Source of the DNA: Geosiphon pyriformis uo1
Lineage: Eukaryota; Fungi; Glomeromycota
NCBI GenBank assembly: GCA_016748015.1
Contig: JAAOMT010000294.1
Span: 288,541 to 352,540 of the forward strand
Direction: 5' to 3'
Length of the DNA: 64,000 nucleotides
Part shown: positions 1-14,109 of the stretch, piece by piece
How positions within the stretch are numbered: the first letter of the stretch is position 1
Layout: each line of letters begins with the position of its first letter
Translations under genes and position numbers: made by a program
Notes under the pieces: model-generated
What the model saw: only the letters and a program-made list of their open reading frames with translations
What the model was told of the DNA's origin: nothing
The model's database searches: none

Positions 1-471
1 ACAGTCAGTAGTTAATTTTAGCCTATTTTAAATAACAAACTAAATAATATAATAGAAATCTTATCTAAAATTTTATTAAAAACCATAAAAGAGTTCAGTA
101 TAATAATAATAATAAAAACAAATAACTGTTTCTATTTTTTTAAATCTTTGGTTTTTTTGATTATTATTTTTGAAAAAATAGTACTAAAAGCATTAAATAT
201 AAAAACTATAATAGAAAAGATTAGCTTATTGACTAATCTGTTATTGAACACTTTTGGACTTTTAAAAAAAATAAAGGCAATACTAAAATTGATCCAAGTA
301 TATTTTTTTGAAAAAATTTCAATTAACAAAAAACCAGTTAAAAAAAAATGATATAATAACTTTTAAAAGCAGTTTTTTATTATCATTAACTAAATAGAAA
401 ACTTTTACAATGTTTTGTTTAGCTGTTTTTACAATAAAAAAAACTTTTTTAATTGAAACTTTATAAAATAC
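1..471 (-). pseudogene. Highly decayed fragment, probably LINE ORF1 N-terminal region
   Basis: ORF 132..329 (KSPKVFNNRLVNKLIF) resembles, from memory only, ORF1 of fungal RNase-H LINEs; very AT-rich; it is the insertion target of the LTR ending at 472. Confidence 0.3.
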
Positions 472-1153
472 TATTACAGATTAAAGTAACAAGCTAACAA
501 ATAGCAAGAAAAAATAGGATTGTAGAGTAATAAAATTAATTAAAAAAGATTTAATTTTAAGAAGTGAATTGAATAAATATATATTTAATATGTAAAATTA
601 GTTTTATAAAATATATTAATTTTATAAAATATCTTAATCACTATTTTTTCAAAAGATAACTGAAAATTTTGAAGGTAGAAAAATAATTTGTACTGTCAAT
701 AAATAATAATACACTAGTATAATTCTATGTCTTATATTAATATTTTTAGAATTTAATATTAAATATTAGATATACTTTTCAGTTATGTTTTATTTAATAA
801 TCTTCAAATACTATAATTATATAAATCAGAAAAAAGATAAGTAAATGTCAACAAGTAATTTTTTATTTTAAAATATTTAGATGCTTAAAGATAAAAAAAA
901 GAAATAAGTGATATAAAAAAAATTAATATAATAGTTATTATTTTATTTATTTTTAATTATTTGTTATATTGATATTTTCTACAGCTAAAAAACTTATTAC
1001 TTATATAATTATTAAAAGTGGTCAATAATCAAGTTAATAATCAAGTCATTAATCAGGTTAATAATTACTATCTAAAAATAAGATGGCTAATTATATAATA
1101 TTAGTAACTAATACATATAATAACTAATAAAAACTAGAGTTTCAACCATAACA
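472..1153 (-). repeat. 3' LTR of the decayed family-C copy
   Basis: Minus-strand ends tgttatggttgaa...tctgtaata; homologous to 47185-47933 but with fewer 12-bp internal repeats. Confidence 0.8.
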
Positions 1154-2478
1154 TTATTTTTTTTAAAAAGATTGAGCTCTGACAAAATCAAGCTATTTAT
1201 AGAATAATTTATTTAAAAGGTTTTGTCTAACTCAAAACTAACTAGTTTATTGAAGTTTTTTGTAGATAAAGTATATAATAATTAAGATAAAATAAGTTTT
1301 ATATCCAAAAAACCAAATTTTTATATAAGAGTTTTGGTTCTTTTAGCAATGATTAAAATTCTTGAGATATCTAATCATATAATATTCAAAATTTCTATCT
1401 GTATTTTTAAAGTTTTTTTTTCAAAAGCTTTATGTTTTTTATATTTTTACTAGGATAACCATAAAGCTTTAATTGTTTTCTATATGACAAGTTTTTGTCT
1501 ATAGACAAAATTTCTAAGATTGTTTTTCCAATTGTGATAGAAAATAAAAATATTGCTGCTATTATGCTTTCTAGCAGATATTTATCCATTTTGCTATTAA
1601 TTTTTTTTCTTTTGGTAGTTGTTTTCTTTGGTCTAATAACAGTATATATTCTATTGTTATTAGTTATAATAATCTATTTTCTAATAGTTAAAGTAATATT
1701 TGGATAATTTTTAATCTAATACTCATAGAAAATATAAAAAGCATTTTAAATGTTTTGATCCAAAAAATAATTGTCTATATCAATTAAAGATATTTTTGTT
1801 TTAAAAATGGTGCATTTATTTATATCTAATTTTTGTTGATTATTTAGATCAGTATTATTACAACAAATTACCAATTAAGTTATTTGTGATATTTTTTGAG
1901 TTGTATACCATAAATAGAGCAATTATTAAAAATTGTTTTATATTAATCTTGTAAAATATATAAAATATTATTCAAAACTTTGTTGATTATAAAGAGTTTT
2001 TTTTACTAGTTAAAGAATTTATAACCATAGAAATTGTTTTTGTTTAAGCAATATTCTAAAATTAAGTTATTAACACTTAAGAAAAGTGTTTTATAGATTT
2101 TTTTTCTTAAGCTTTTTTTAGAACTGTTTTATTTTTTCAAAAGCAATTATTTGTGTTTCTATTAAGGAGTCAAGAATAATGCCAAGTTTTCTTTGCAAAA
2201 TGTCTTTGTAATTTTCTATTGTTATTTTCTTAAAAAGTATTGTCTTAATATTAGTTTTTATTAGTAGAGTTGTCATTTGTTTATAAAGCAAATAAAAAAA
2301 TTTATAATTTGTTATATTATGATTCATAGTTTTATAAACAAACAAGACTAAAAGCAGTATTTTGTCTCATAAATTTGTTTTTTTACTAGTTTTGGTTAAG
2401 GTTTTATATAGTGTTCTGTTAAAATATTCTACTAGGCTATTAGTTTAAGAATAATAAGAAGAAGAAAATTTATGATAT
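472..2478 (-). mobile_element. Decayed 3' part of a family-C Gypsy element (integrase C-terminus, ORF3, PPT, 3' LTR)
   Basis: Reverse complement aligns with 27592-28192 plus 46454-47933; ORF 2118..2345 matches 27725..28123 and ORF 1407..1589 matches 46760..47215. Confidence 0.85.
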
Positions 2479-5445
2479 TATTACTCATAAAAATTAGAAA
2501 TTATAAGAATAGGTAAAATAGCCAATCAAAAATATGTGTTCTTTTTAAATTATTATTGTTTTTAGTAAATATGCTTATATATTCTGTAATAAGCTATGAT
2601 TTTAATATCTTAATTCGAAATAATTTTTTAATAAAAATTAAATTAAATTTTAGAAGTAAATATTCAATAATTTTTGTTAAAAAATATTTTTATATATAAT
2701 TTTAATTTCTATTAATTAATTAAAATAATAAAATAGTTATTAAAATTATAAAAAATAATATTAAATTCTTTAATTTTTTTAAACAAATAGATATTTAAAA
2801 TTAAAATTTTATATTTTATATTTTTTGCAAATTTGTTTATTTGACTTAAATATTTGTTATATAGTAATAAATTTTAAACAAATATAAGATTTTTAATATT
2901 TTTTAAATAGTAAAATTGTAATTGTTCTTAATAACCTAAAAATTTAGTAAAATTTATTTAATATATTAAAAACTATATTTACTAAAACTGTAATTGTTTA
3001 GTTAATTTATATTTTTGTATTTTTTTTGTTTCTATCAAGTCTATCTTAATTTTTAACTAATTGTAACTTAAAATATTAATTAAAAATAAATAAATAACTT
3101 GTAAAATTTTTTTGCATATTTAATTTTAAACAATTAATTAGTTTTATTTTAAAGCATAATAATAATGTCTTTAGTATATCTTATATTAATAATTTCTTTT
3201 TTAATATTAATTTTTTTGCTTGCCAATAATAATTAAAAAGCAATTTGTACTATTGTTTTTGACAAAATTTTAAAAACAATTTTGAAATTGATTTTTATTA
3301 AAAATCTTGATTATAAACTAATATATATTTTTTAAATATTATAGATCATATTTAGTATTAATTTTATAAATTTTTTCAAATTAAATTTTTTGTTTTTTAT
3401 TATTAAAGTATTTTAATTATAAAACAGATTGATTTTTAGTAAGATAATTAAAATTTTTTTTTGGTTTTTTAAATTCGATTTTATATTCATTTTTTTAATA
3501 AGAATAGTATGCTAAAAACATAATATTTTAAACACTATTAATTATCATAAAACATGATATATTCTTTATATAATTGAATATTTATTTGTTTTAATTATTA
3601 AATTTAACTTTTTTTAAAGAAGTAAACATAACTAAACATTATATAATATAATTTATCTTTATTTTTATAATTAAATTTAGTAAGTTTTATAATATATTTA
3701 ATATATTTTGCTTTTTTCATTTGTTAAACATCTTTTTGAATTTTTTATTAATAAAAATTATAGTTAATTTATAAAATATTTTGGTATTATAAAAATAATA
3801 TTGTATATTGTTATAAAAAACATTTTTTTTATTTTTTTTTGAGATAATTAAAGCATATTAACAAATTTAATTATAAACTTTTTTATTATTATAATATTAA
3901 TTTAATTATATTTGTCAAACATAATTTATTGTTCTATTTTTTACTTTTTTTTGGTCTGCTAAATCATTTTTTATGACAAGTTTTATAATAATAATATGTA
4001 TAATTTTTGTATTTTTTTAAGCAATATATAAGTTTTTATAAATAAAAAATTCTTATATTAAATAAAATATATGTTAATTATTTTTATAATACTAGTTTTA
4101 AGTACAAAATATATTAATTACTAATTTATTTCTTTATTATTATTAATATAAGTTTAGGTAACATTTGGGCCTTACTTGTTAAATATTAATAAAAAAAAAT
4201 ATAAGTTGTTAATTTAAATTTTTAAATTATAAAAATATTAATTATGATTTAAATATTTTAAATAATTATTGTTCTGTTTTTTTAGTCCAATTAAATTATT
4301 AGTTAAGTACTATATAAATTTTAATAATTAGTTTTTTTTTTCAAATTCAAATTCAAAAATTAAAACTTTTTTACATTATTTGTTAAAAATATCATAAGTA
4401 GTAAGTATTTTAATATATTATTATTAGTAAAAAATCTTTAATTTTTTGATTTTTCAATCTAAGTTTGTATTAATTTTGAAAAGTTAATTGTTTTTAACAA
4501 AAGCTTAATAATAGAATATATTTATAATTAAAATTTTAATTAAAATAGTAATTTTATTAATTATAAAAAAGAAATTATTAATTTTTTCTATTGAAAGTTT
4601 TTTTATATTATTAATAATAATAATTACTATTTAAGCATATTTTTTTTAAGTTTTTATATTAATTAGTAAATAATAAACTTTTAGTTAATTTGCTGTTTAA
4701 AATTAACCAAAATAATTCTTTTTTAAATTTAATTTTTATGTATATTATTGTAATTACTTTTTGTTTTAAAACAATTATATTATTAAATTATTGTAGTTTT
4801 TTGTTAAGTTAAAAGTTAGTTTAATTAATAATATTTTGGTTAATATAATTAGAATTCTGTTTAATTATAATATTTTTTTGGTAAATTTTATTTTTATAGC
4901 TTTTTATAATTCTAATAATATTTTATTTGTATTATAAAATAATTGATTTTTAAAAAAATTTAATGTAATTTTTAATAATAAATATGATTAAATTTTTAAG
5001 TAAAAATTTTTTTGTTATTAAAAAAGACTAAATTTAAAAGATTTTATGTTTTATTAGTTTATTATTATTATTAATTTTTTTCAAATAAAAAATCTATATA
5101 TAATTATTCTGTCTTTTAATTATAATTATAACTATTAAAATATTTTTAAGTTTTGTGCTTTGTTTGTAATTAAAGTATATTTAATAAAGATATAATTACT
5201 AATTATAAGTGTTTTTATAGATAGTTTTTTAAAAAAAATCAAGTTTTTGTAATATAACTAGTAGAATTATAACATATTTTAATAATCTAAGTTTAAATAT
5301 TAATATTTAAATTTTTGGCTTAATGTTTTTAACATTACTTAAACTACAAATTATTTTTTTGGTTCTTTAATATATATTTTTGTTTAGTGTAATTAATATT
5401 TAATTTAATAGTTAAACAGTTTTAAATACTTTATATTTTAAAATT
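2479..5445 (-). mobile_element. Extremely AT-decayed Gypsy relic: LTR-like start at 2479 followed by a family-B-like gag/protease/Cys-rich/dUTPase region
   Basis: 3240-3780 aligns with the reverse complement of ~33830-34340, and 4380-4560 with 33060-33240, mostly via C>T/G>A changes; tattactcat at 2479 matches the A/D LTR start tgttactcat. Confidence 0.65.
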
Positions 5446-5447
5446 TA

Positions 5448-5450
<3 letters not shown>

Positions 5451-5477
<27 letters not shown>
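5451..5477 (-). repeat. (AAT)n microsatellite, likely the LINE 3' tail
   Basis: tattattatt... lies just beyond the LINE ORF2 C-terminus. Confidence 0.6.
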
Positions 5478-5478
<1 letters not shown>

Positions 5479-5881
5479 TTATTGCATTTTATAAGTAAAG
5501 CCCAACTATTATCTAATACAATACATATGACTAACCACCTGTTTAATTAAAACTATACTATATAACTATATTAATTATAACATCTTTTATTGCACTAGAA
5601 AAAAATAAATAATCTATTCTTAAATCAAAACTAATAGCATAACTCTTTTTTATCCTCAATAATCAAGTTATACCACTCAAGACCTTAGTAGAAAAGCCTT
5701 AAATAATATTAAACAAGAAGTTATTTATATCTAATAAACTTCTATAATCTATGTTAGCCCAAAGTTTTAAATTAGACATTCAAATTTACTTCTTATAGTT
5801 AGTAATCAGACCACTCATAAATTTAACCAGTTTGGTTGTAACAAAACCAGCATTTTTAAAAAAAGTCTTAGTCTTTGCCAA

Positions 5882-7344
5882 TATTACTGGGTAAAAGCTA
5901 CGGATTTGTAACTTCTTAGCAATGACAATAACTTTCACTTGGAATACACATTACCATGATTATGCTACTGACTATAGCATATCATGGGTGTATGGACTAT
6001 TTCAGTAAGTGGAAAAGCAAAAGGAGTATGTGATAAAATCATTAAAAGTGAAAGAAAGTATTTTCATTATTATTTGTTTTTGGGCAAGAACCAGTCTTAG
6101 GTATTTGAAAAAAGGAAAAGAGAAGTCACATCTCTTTATATGTATCAAAAGTACAACCAGCAACAAGGAGAAACCAAAACTATTTAAGAAAATCATAACC
6201 AGAATTTTTTTAATTAGTTGTTGAAAGAGTGTGGTGTTCAAATACCCACTTTGAAAACGAAATTATAGGAATTATAAAAAAAATTATGAAAGTCAAACAT
6301 AACTGAAATAGATTTTGCTTAAACTTTTTATTGTTAAGACTACTTTCTAACAATGTAATATTTTATTACTTATTTTTAGATTTAACAACTTGTTTGGTAA
6401 AACAAAACTTAATGTGAAATAGTAATAATACATGATTTAAAAAATTGGAAGTAATAGAATAACTTAAAATGAATAACAAGTAAGTAAAAGATTATAAACA
6501 ATGTGATTCCAAATGGTGATAAGGAATATGAAAAGGCATACTTGAAATTGTGATAACAAGTATTTAGAGCATAGAAAGGGAGAAGAAAAGAGTAAAAGTA
6601 AAGGAAAAAACTAACTGCTCACTATAAAACTATAGCAAAGAGTTGGCTCAGTATTGAATTGATACTTTCCTGAACTGAAAAAGAGGCTATATATATAGCT
6701 AAATTACATCAGATCTACATACTATATTAGAACTATTTAAAATACATCAATTATTTATATATATTTAATTAATCAATTTATGATAAGCTTACTCAGTTTG
6801 TTATTCATCTAAGAGCTAATAATTTAGATGATCAGATTTAGATGACTGAATCTAGAACATTGATTGTAAATTAATAATACCAATTGTAATTATGATCAAC
6901 ATAATCAGAAGTAGATCAATTGATTACATTTTTTAGTAACTACTTTTAACTATTGATTGCAGATTTGGAATATTAAATTGTTCTAATAAGGGCATATAAG
7001 AATTTTTGAACATAACAAAACCTGTTGTTATCTGATTACATACATCAATCATTCATTTCCATTGGTGTTTCTTTGTTTGCCAAGATTTTTTTGTATTCAA
7101 CTTAGTTAAACTGTTAGATTGTGCCATATTTCTTTGTTGTAATTGGATTGATTGCTAATCATTTATTTCCAGATTGCCAGCTGATTTTGTTGATTAAGTA
7201 CGATAAGGTAGGTCTTTTTCACATGATTTTGATGTTAATTTTTATTGTATGTGTTGTAATTTTTGCATTGAAAAGTGTGAAAATCTTCTGGTAACAATGT
7301 GTTGTAATTTTTGCATTGAAAAGTGTAAAAATCTTCTGGTAACA
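5882..7344 (-). repeat. E 3' LTR (5882-7296) plus a 48-bp duplicated terminus (7297-7344)
   Basis: atgtgttgtaatt...ctggtaaca occurs twice in tandem. Confidence 0.85.
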
Positions 7345-7485
7345 TTTTCTTTATCTTTGAAAAATGAGCTCTTGTGAATTGTTAAATTTTTTTTCCTCTT
7401 TAGGGAAAATTGAAGTCTTCTGAGATATCTAAAGGTTATTAAAATGTTTATAGTTGTCTCTATACTGACAACAAAAGGCACCATA

Positions 7486-8902
7486 TGTTACTGGGTAAAA
7501 GCTATGGATTTGTAACTTCTTAGCAATGACAATAACTTTCTCCTAGAACACACATTACCATAATTATGCTACTAACTATAACATATTATGGGTGTATGGA
7601 CTATTTCAGTAGGTGGGAAAGCAAAAGGAGTACATGATAAAATCATTAAAAGTGAAAGAAAGTATTGTCATTATTATTTGTTTTTGGGCAAGAACCAGTC
7701 TTAGATATTTGAAAAAGAGAAAAGAAAAATCACATTTCTTTATATGTATCAGAAGTGCAACCAGCAACAAGGAGAAACCAAAACTACTTAAGAAAATCAT
7801 AACCAAAATTCTTTCAATTAGTTGTCAAAAGGATGTGGTGTTCAAATGCCCACTTTGAAAACAAAGTTATAGGAATTATAAAAAAAATTATGAAAGTCAA
7901 ATATAACTGAAATAGATTTTGCTTAAACTTTTTATTGTTGAGACTATTCTCTAACAATGTGATATTTTATTACTTATTTTTAAATTTAACAACTTGTTTG
8001 GTAAAATAAGACTTAATGTGAAATGGTGATAATACATGATTTGAAAGATTGGAAGTAATAGAACAACTTGAAATGGTGATAACAAGTAAGTAAAAGATTA
8101 TAAACAATGTGATTCCAAATGGTGATAAAAAATATGAGAAGACATACTTGAAATTGTGATAACAAGTATTTAGAGCATAGAAAGGGAGAAGAAAAGAGTA
8201 AAAGTAAAGGAAAAAACTAACTGCTCACTATAAAACTATAGCAAAGAGTTGGCTCAGTATTGAACTGATACTTTCCTGAACTAACAGAGGGACTGTATAT
8301 ATAGCTAAATTATATCAGATCTACATACTATATTAGAACTATTTAAAATACATCAATTATTTATATACATTTAATTAATCAATTTATGATGAGCTTACTC
8401 GGCCTGTTATTCATCTAAGAGCTAATAATTTAGATGATCAGATTTAGATGACTGAATCTAGAACATTGATTGTAAATCAATAATACCAATTGTGATTATG
8501 ATCAACATAATCAGAAATAGATCAATTAATTACATTTCTTGGTAACTATTTTTAACTATTAATTGCAGATCTGAAATATTAGATTGTTTCAATAAGGGTG
8601 TATAAGAATTTTTGAACATAACAAAACCTGTTGTTATCTGATTACATGCATCAATTATTTATTTCTATTGGTGTTTTTTTGTTTGCCAAGATTTTTTTGT
8701 ATTCAACTTAGTTAAACTGTTAGATTGTGCTATATTTTTTTGTTGTAATTGGATTGATTGCTGATCATTTATTTCCAGATTGCCAGCTGATTTTGTTGAT
8801 TAAGTGTGATAATGTAGGTCTTTTTCGCATGATTTTGATGTTAATTTTCATTGTATGTGTTGTAATTTTTGCATTGAAAAGTGTAAAAATCTTCTGGTAA
8901 TA
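7486..8902 (-). repeat. E 5' LTR
   Basis: Near-identical to 5882-7296; differences are mostly transitions. Confidence 0.9.
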
Positions 8903-11900
8903 CCAACCAATTTTCAAGCACAAATTTTTTGTACAAAACAGTATACAAATTTATATTAAAAACACATAAAGCCAATAATTAAAAAATTACAGATAAGACC
9001 AAAGTTGCTTTAGTAAAAGACTTTCAAAAAAAAACACTTATTTAGTAGAACCTAATAGATAGACAAATCCAAGCTCCAAATAAAACTATAATCTGAAAAT
9101 TTCATATTTTTACAACATATATATAATATACTTGAATAATTACAATTATATAAATACTTCTTAACTATTATAGACAATTTTTTATAAACTGCTTTTATCA
9201 AGTATATATACAAACTGACTGTTTATTTGCTTGTATAGCTAGCCACTATATGAAAATTGAAATGTCAAACCAAAACAGTAAGCTTCCAATTAATATTACT
9301 AACATGTAAAAAATTTACTGTATTAAGATTAGATTTAACTTTCTATTAAAAACACTTTATAGTATCATATATAATTTTAACAAAATGCCAAACATTGCCA
9401 GAAAGCACTTTACCACTAGTTAATAAATATACTTTTTAAATGTTTATTAGAAGAACAAGCTCTAAAAATGCAGTCTAATTGGCTAGTCTATCAACAATTT
9501 CATTGTTTAACATGCTAAAATAGCTCTTTACTTTTGTTTATTTCACAAAAATTCTCTTATTTTTGCCAAATTATTAATACAATGCCACTAAATCCAATAT
9601 TTATTGCAAAAATTAGATATTATCAATCTTAATTCAGCTTAATACATATCTATAAAAGTCTAACTATTAGAAAAGATTACAATATTAGAGAGAACTAAAA
9701 CACATTTAAGAGTTAGTATTATAGTCTGTAACTTAACAAGAGTTGATAAAAGCAAATTATAAACTTTTACCTCTGTGCTTAAATTTAGATTAAGAAAATA
9801 AGTAGCAGTACTATCAATCATGCCAAAAAAACCAAAATTTTTAACAAAATTATCAATATAGATTAAAATCTTAGACAATAATATGTGTCTTAATTAAAAG
9901 TGAACATTATAAAAACCATTTGTATTAAACATATATGTATTAAAACTAGGGCCAAAAGCAGATTAAAAGTCACAAACCAAATTATTATCTTTGACAAACT
10001 TTGAAATCTGTACAAACCAAGAGAGAACTAGACCTCTGAAATCTAATTATTTCCAATAATAAAAGTTTTTTTAAAAAAAGCACACTTTATGACTATTTAA
10101 AAACTGATTTGCAAAAACTATGCCAAAATGTTTAAAAGACTTATAGACTCGAAAATATTCATTACAGGGATACTATTTTTGAAATAAAAAGTGTTGGATA
10201 AACTATTGGTCAAAGAAATATCACTGTGTAAAAAACTGATCCAAAACATCTTTAATATTAGCAAAGTTTATGACTAACACTATTTTTTTTTCTACTTGAA
10301 TCTAGTTAAAAAGTTTTAAGTTGTACAAAAACAAATGATATATAATTTTATTAGAAAAGTTATTTGGCAAATTAATCTTAGCTTTTAAGTTTTTTCTGAT
10401 TAAATGATTCTATTTGTTGTATATATTCTTATTAACAAAACTGAACTGAGTTTTATATTCAATAATTAACTGTAAAACTACAAAAACCAAATAGAAAAAT
10501 TGCTTATTTAAAATGGTTTTATACAATACTATTAAAGAAAAAAACTTCACATTTGAATTTACTTTCTTTACACTTAGACCAAAAAAAATTTTAGCCAACA
10601 AAAAAATATCTAAATACCAATAAACTTTACTAACTTTTGCAATTGAAATGAAAAAACCACTTATATTCAAAAAAAACACTACTAAATCTTGAGTTTATTA
10701 AAATTGTTACTGTTTCCATTTTTATTGAAATATTCATAATATCAAAAAACTTGTTTGTAATATTTAAAATGTTCTGTGTCATTGTATGACAATTGCTAAT
10801 TTAAATCATATTATTTATAAAGATACCAGCAGCCAAATAAGAAATTAGATCTATATTTGCTTTAATCTTGCCAGTTTTGGAAACAAATCTAGAATTTACA
10901 TAGTACTCAAAACTTGAATTGTGCTTTCTCATTTTACACAAAAAAGAGTCATAAAAGATCTTCCAAAAAAGAGATAAAAAAACTTTATTCTAATCTAAAC
11001 TATTATGTACTATGTAACTTTTAAACAAACTAAAGTCAATTATTATCTTATTCTTATAGTCATTGTAAATATGACCAAAAAACCTAATAAATCTATTACA
11101 CATTTTAATTTTTCTTAGACTTTTTTCCAAATGTAATCAGTTCACTAAGTTGTAAGCTTTTTTCATGTCTTAAAATACCAATCATAATTCTCTGCCTTTT
11201 TCTAAAACATCTTTTATTACAGACTTAATAATAAATATAGAAGACTAAATTAAAGTGTTTCTTAAAACTAAAAAATTGTTTTTTTGCAAAACATTATACT
11301 TATTGCAGATCTTAAATATCTGATCAGATAAAACTTTTAAAAAAATTTTCTTTGTAGTCTCAATAAAAGCAATCAGTCTAGTATTTGTTAAAACATCTTT
11401 TTATTTATAAAACTTTGGAATTATTAATACTTAAGCCTTTTTTTAAGCATCAAAAACAAATTCAGCCATCAAGTACAAATTAAGTAGATATAAAAAAAGC
11501 TCTAAAACATGTTTATTATACTGTTTTTACATCTTATTGAAGATATTAGACAGTCCAACAGTTTTATTATTAAGAAGATTATTAATTACCAACAAAAACT
11601 TATTGAGACTAATATGTTTTATAACACCAGAAAATATCTCATCTCTAACATAGTTAAGAAATATAAACTGTCTTTGTCAATAAACAGAAATATTATTTTT
11701 AACCATATGTTCTTTGATCCAATTTTTTATAATTAAATTAATTTTATACTTGATTAAATTGGGCTCCAAAATCAAATTACTATTGTCTACCAAATAATCC
11801 AATATAACTTTTTTAAAAAGTTTTTTTAGTACACTTCTTATTATTTGATTCTTGTTGTTGACAAAAACTTTTATATATTTAATGATAACAGTTTTAATAT

Positions 11901-14109
11901 AAAAATTTTCAGCCACTATAGATTTTGACAACTTATAAGATCTATAAAACTTTCTAAAATAAGCCAATGATTATTCAATTAAGACTTTACTGCAACTATT
12001 ATCAAAAATATTTTTGAACTCTATAGTCTAAACAGAATTCAACTTAATTCACTTAACAACCAAAGTCTAAAAATTTTTTATATCATCCAGCTTATATATC
12101 TTCAAGATTTTAGACACTAGCAATTTTATTTTTGTGAAACTTAGAAAATACAGTACATTTAAGTACATCATTATCTTAGAATTATGTTTTTAAAAAAGTG
12201 GTATTAGCAACAAAGCTCATTATTTAACTAAGCAGTTTCCATAATTCATTAATGTCAAATCTATTTTTACAGTTCTTAAAGTTATTAGCAACAGCCAGAG
12301 CAATAATTAATAATAAATTCTCAAACTTTTTTTAAGTTTTTTTACCAATACCACTGACTTTGAACTTTTACCTATCCTTAATGTTTTGTTTATGTATTAA
12401 AATAAGCTGAAAACTGAAAAGTTTTTTCAAACCAATGTCTACTAAAACAACCATGTGATTAGTGTTAAAAAACTTATCTAAACAATAAACTTATTAATTA
12501 AAAAATAAACTTCTAAGACTATTACTAATTAGAATAAAGTCTATACACTTTTTAACTTCTTAGAGTTGAACTATATTGGCAATTTGTATACCAAAAAACC
12601 ATTGAAAGAGTTACATAATTCTATGTCCAAAAATTTTTTGAAACTTATATTGCAGCCAGACTTATTTTTATTAAAGTCTCTTTTAAAAACCACAAAAATA
12701 CTATTATTCAAAGCTTTAGCCACTATTGAATTAACTTTACATAATTGATTTAATTTTTTTTCAGAGTGCTTCTAGCATATAAATCTAAAATAAAAACTAA
12801 AAGAAGATTTTTAATTAGCAAATATATTAACAAAAACTAACCAGTTATTTCTAAGATTTTATATATATGTCTTGCAATACCTTTGTTAATTATTACAACA
12901 ACACTTAACTCTAGATAATTGGAATTAATACTGGAGATAAAAACTTTAATTCCATTAAATTTGCTTATTATTCAAAAATGAATTTTGCTTCTTAACTTTA
13001 TTTTCATAACAATAGATATGAAATTATCTTTATTCTTATGTCAATAAACAATGTTCTTTTGTTTTACTAGATTGTTTATATTTTTAACATTACATGTAGC
13101 AATTTTCCAAATAAAATCAGTTATTAAGAAAAAAAGATAGGTAAAAAGTCTAATTCAATACATAATAGATCTAATTTAGTCAATATTGAACCAACAGACA
13201 CTTCAAAAGCAACTATTTTAGATTTCAAACTCTTAACTTAGGTAATCAAGATTTTAGAGCTGTTTAAGCTCAATTTTGAGATCTTTGCCAAATTCAATGA
13301 AGCAAAAAAAAAAGTCTTATGGAGCATCTAAAACTATATTTGAATTCAAAAAAACAAAAAATACTAAAAGAGCACCTAAAACTACATCCAAAACCAAATC
13401 CAAATTTGAGACTAAAAAATTTGCCAAAACAGATAAAACTAAAGCAAACACAAGAAGCACCAAATTCAAATTACTTAATTTATGTACAATTATCAATACT
13501 TGATCTGCCAGCAGTTTTAAAAAACATTACAAAAAAGTCAACCAATCATTTACAGAAAATACTTCTTAAGAAACAAGAATAGTATTACTTAAGTAAAAAA
13601 CACCAAACAAAGAAAACATGAAAGAGAAACCAGAATAGATACCAGTAAGAGCAGTTACAGAAAAAACTATTTGTGCTCAGAATTTGCCACCAAAAGCAAT
13701 AGATTAGGATATTGGCACATTTTTTTTTGCATAGAAACAAGTAAGCTGAAAACAATTTTGATTTAAAATAAACTTTTTATAAATTTTTTTTGAACTAGAA
13801 CAAAAAATAATAAAAAATCACACTCCAAAAATAAATGCTTAAAATGCTTACACTTTTTATAACAAATCAAATTTATTTTAGTTCAAAAGAACTTAATACT
13901 ACTCAAAATAGGCTCCATGCAAAAAGCAAACTTTAGATTTTTTTAAGCTCAAAACTAATTAAAGCACAGCACATTTTATTACTTATATCAAATAAACAAT
14001 TAATAATATAAGTTTTTTTACCAGCTTTATTTAACAAGGTACCAAAATTATAAACAATTATTTTCACTAACAAAATAAACAAAAGTGCTCTGTAATAATT
14101 TTTTGACAT

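Larger units (their letters stand above)
5882..8902 (-). mobile_element. Non-coding LTR element E: two ~1.41-kb LTRs around a 141-bp core with PBS and PPT
   Basis: Direct repeats 5882-7296 and 7486-8902 with t(g/a)tta...taa(c/t)a ends; TSD ccaa at 5878-5881 and 8903-8906; minus-strand PBS tggtgccttttg at 7483; PPT aaagataaagaaaa next to 7344. Confidence 0.9.
5451..14109 (-). mobile_element. Decayed non-LTR retrotransposon (LINE): partial ORF1 with Zn knuckle and ORF2 with APE, RT and RNase H; interrupted by element E
   Basis: APE start WKIATCNV at ~13120; pre-RT block 11677..11967; RT-thumb-like YWYLDIFL 10410..10679; RNase H-like IYIDNF...LLSTLVKLQTIILTL 9660..9878; (AAT)n tail at 5451-5477; ORF1 cut by A at 14109. 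Confidence 0.75.

Noticed and set aside
6002-7858. Duplicated short ORFs 6002-6241 and 7606-7858 on both strands
   Set aside because: They lie inside the two E LTR copies, have no domain motifs and end differently; chance ORFs
13276-13582. Lys/Thr-rich plus-strand ORFs
   Set aside because: Antisense to the decayed LINE ORF1 C-terminus
14106-14109. acat as a true TSD for A
   Set aside because: The flanks belong to different elements, so it is not a duplicated single target
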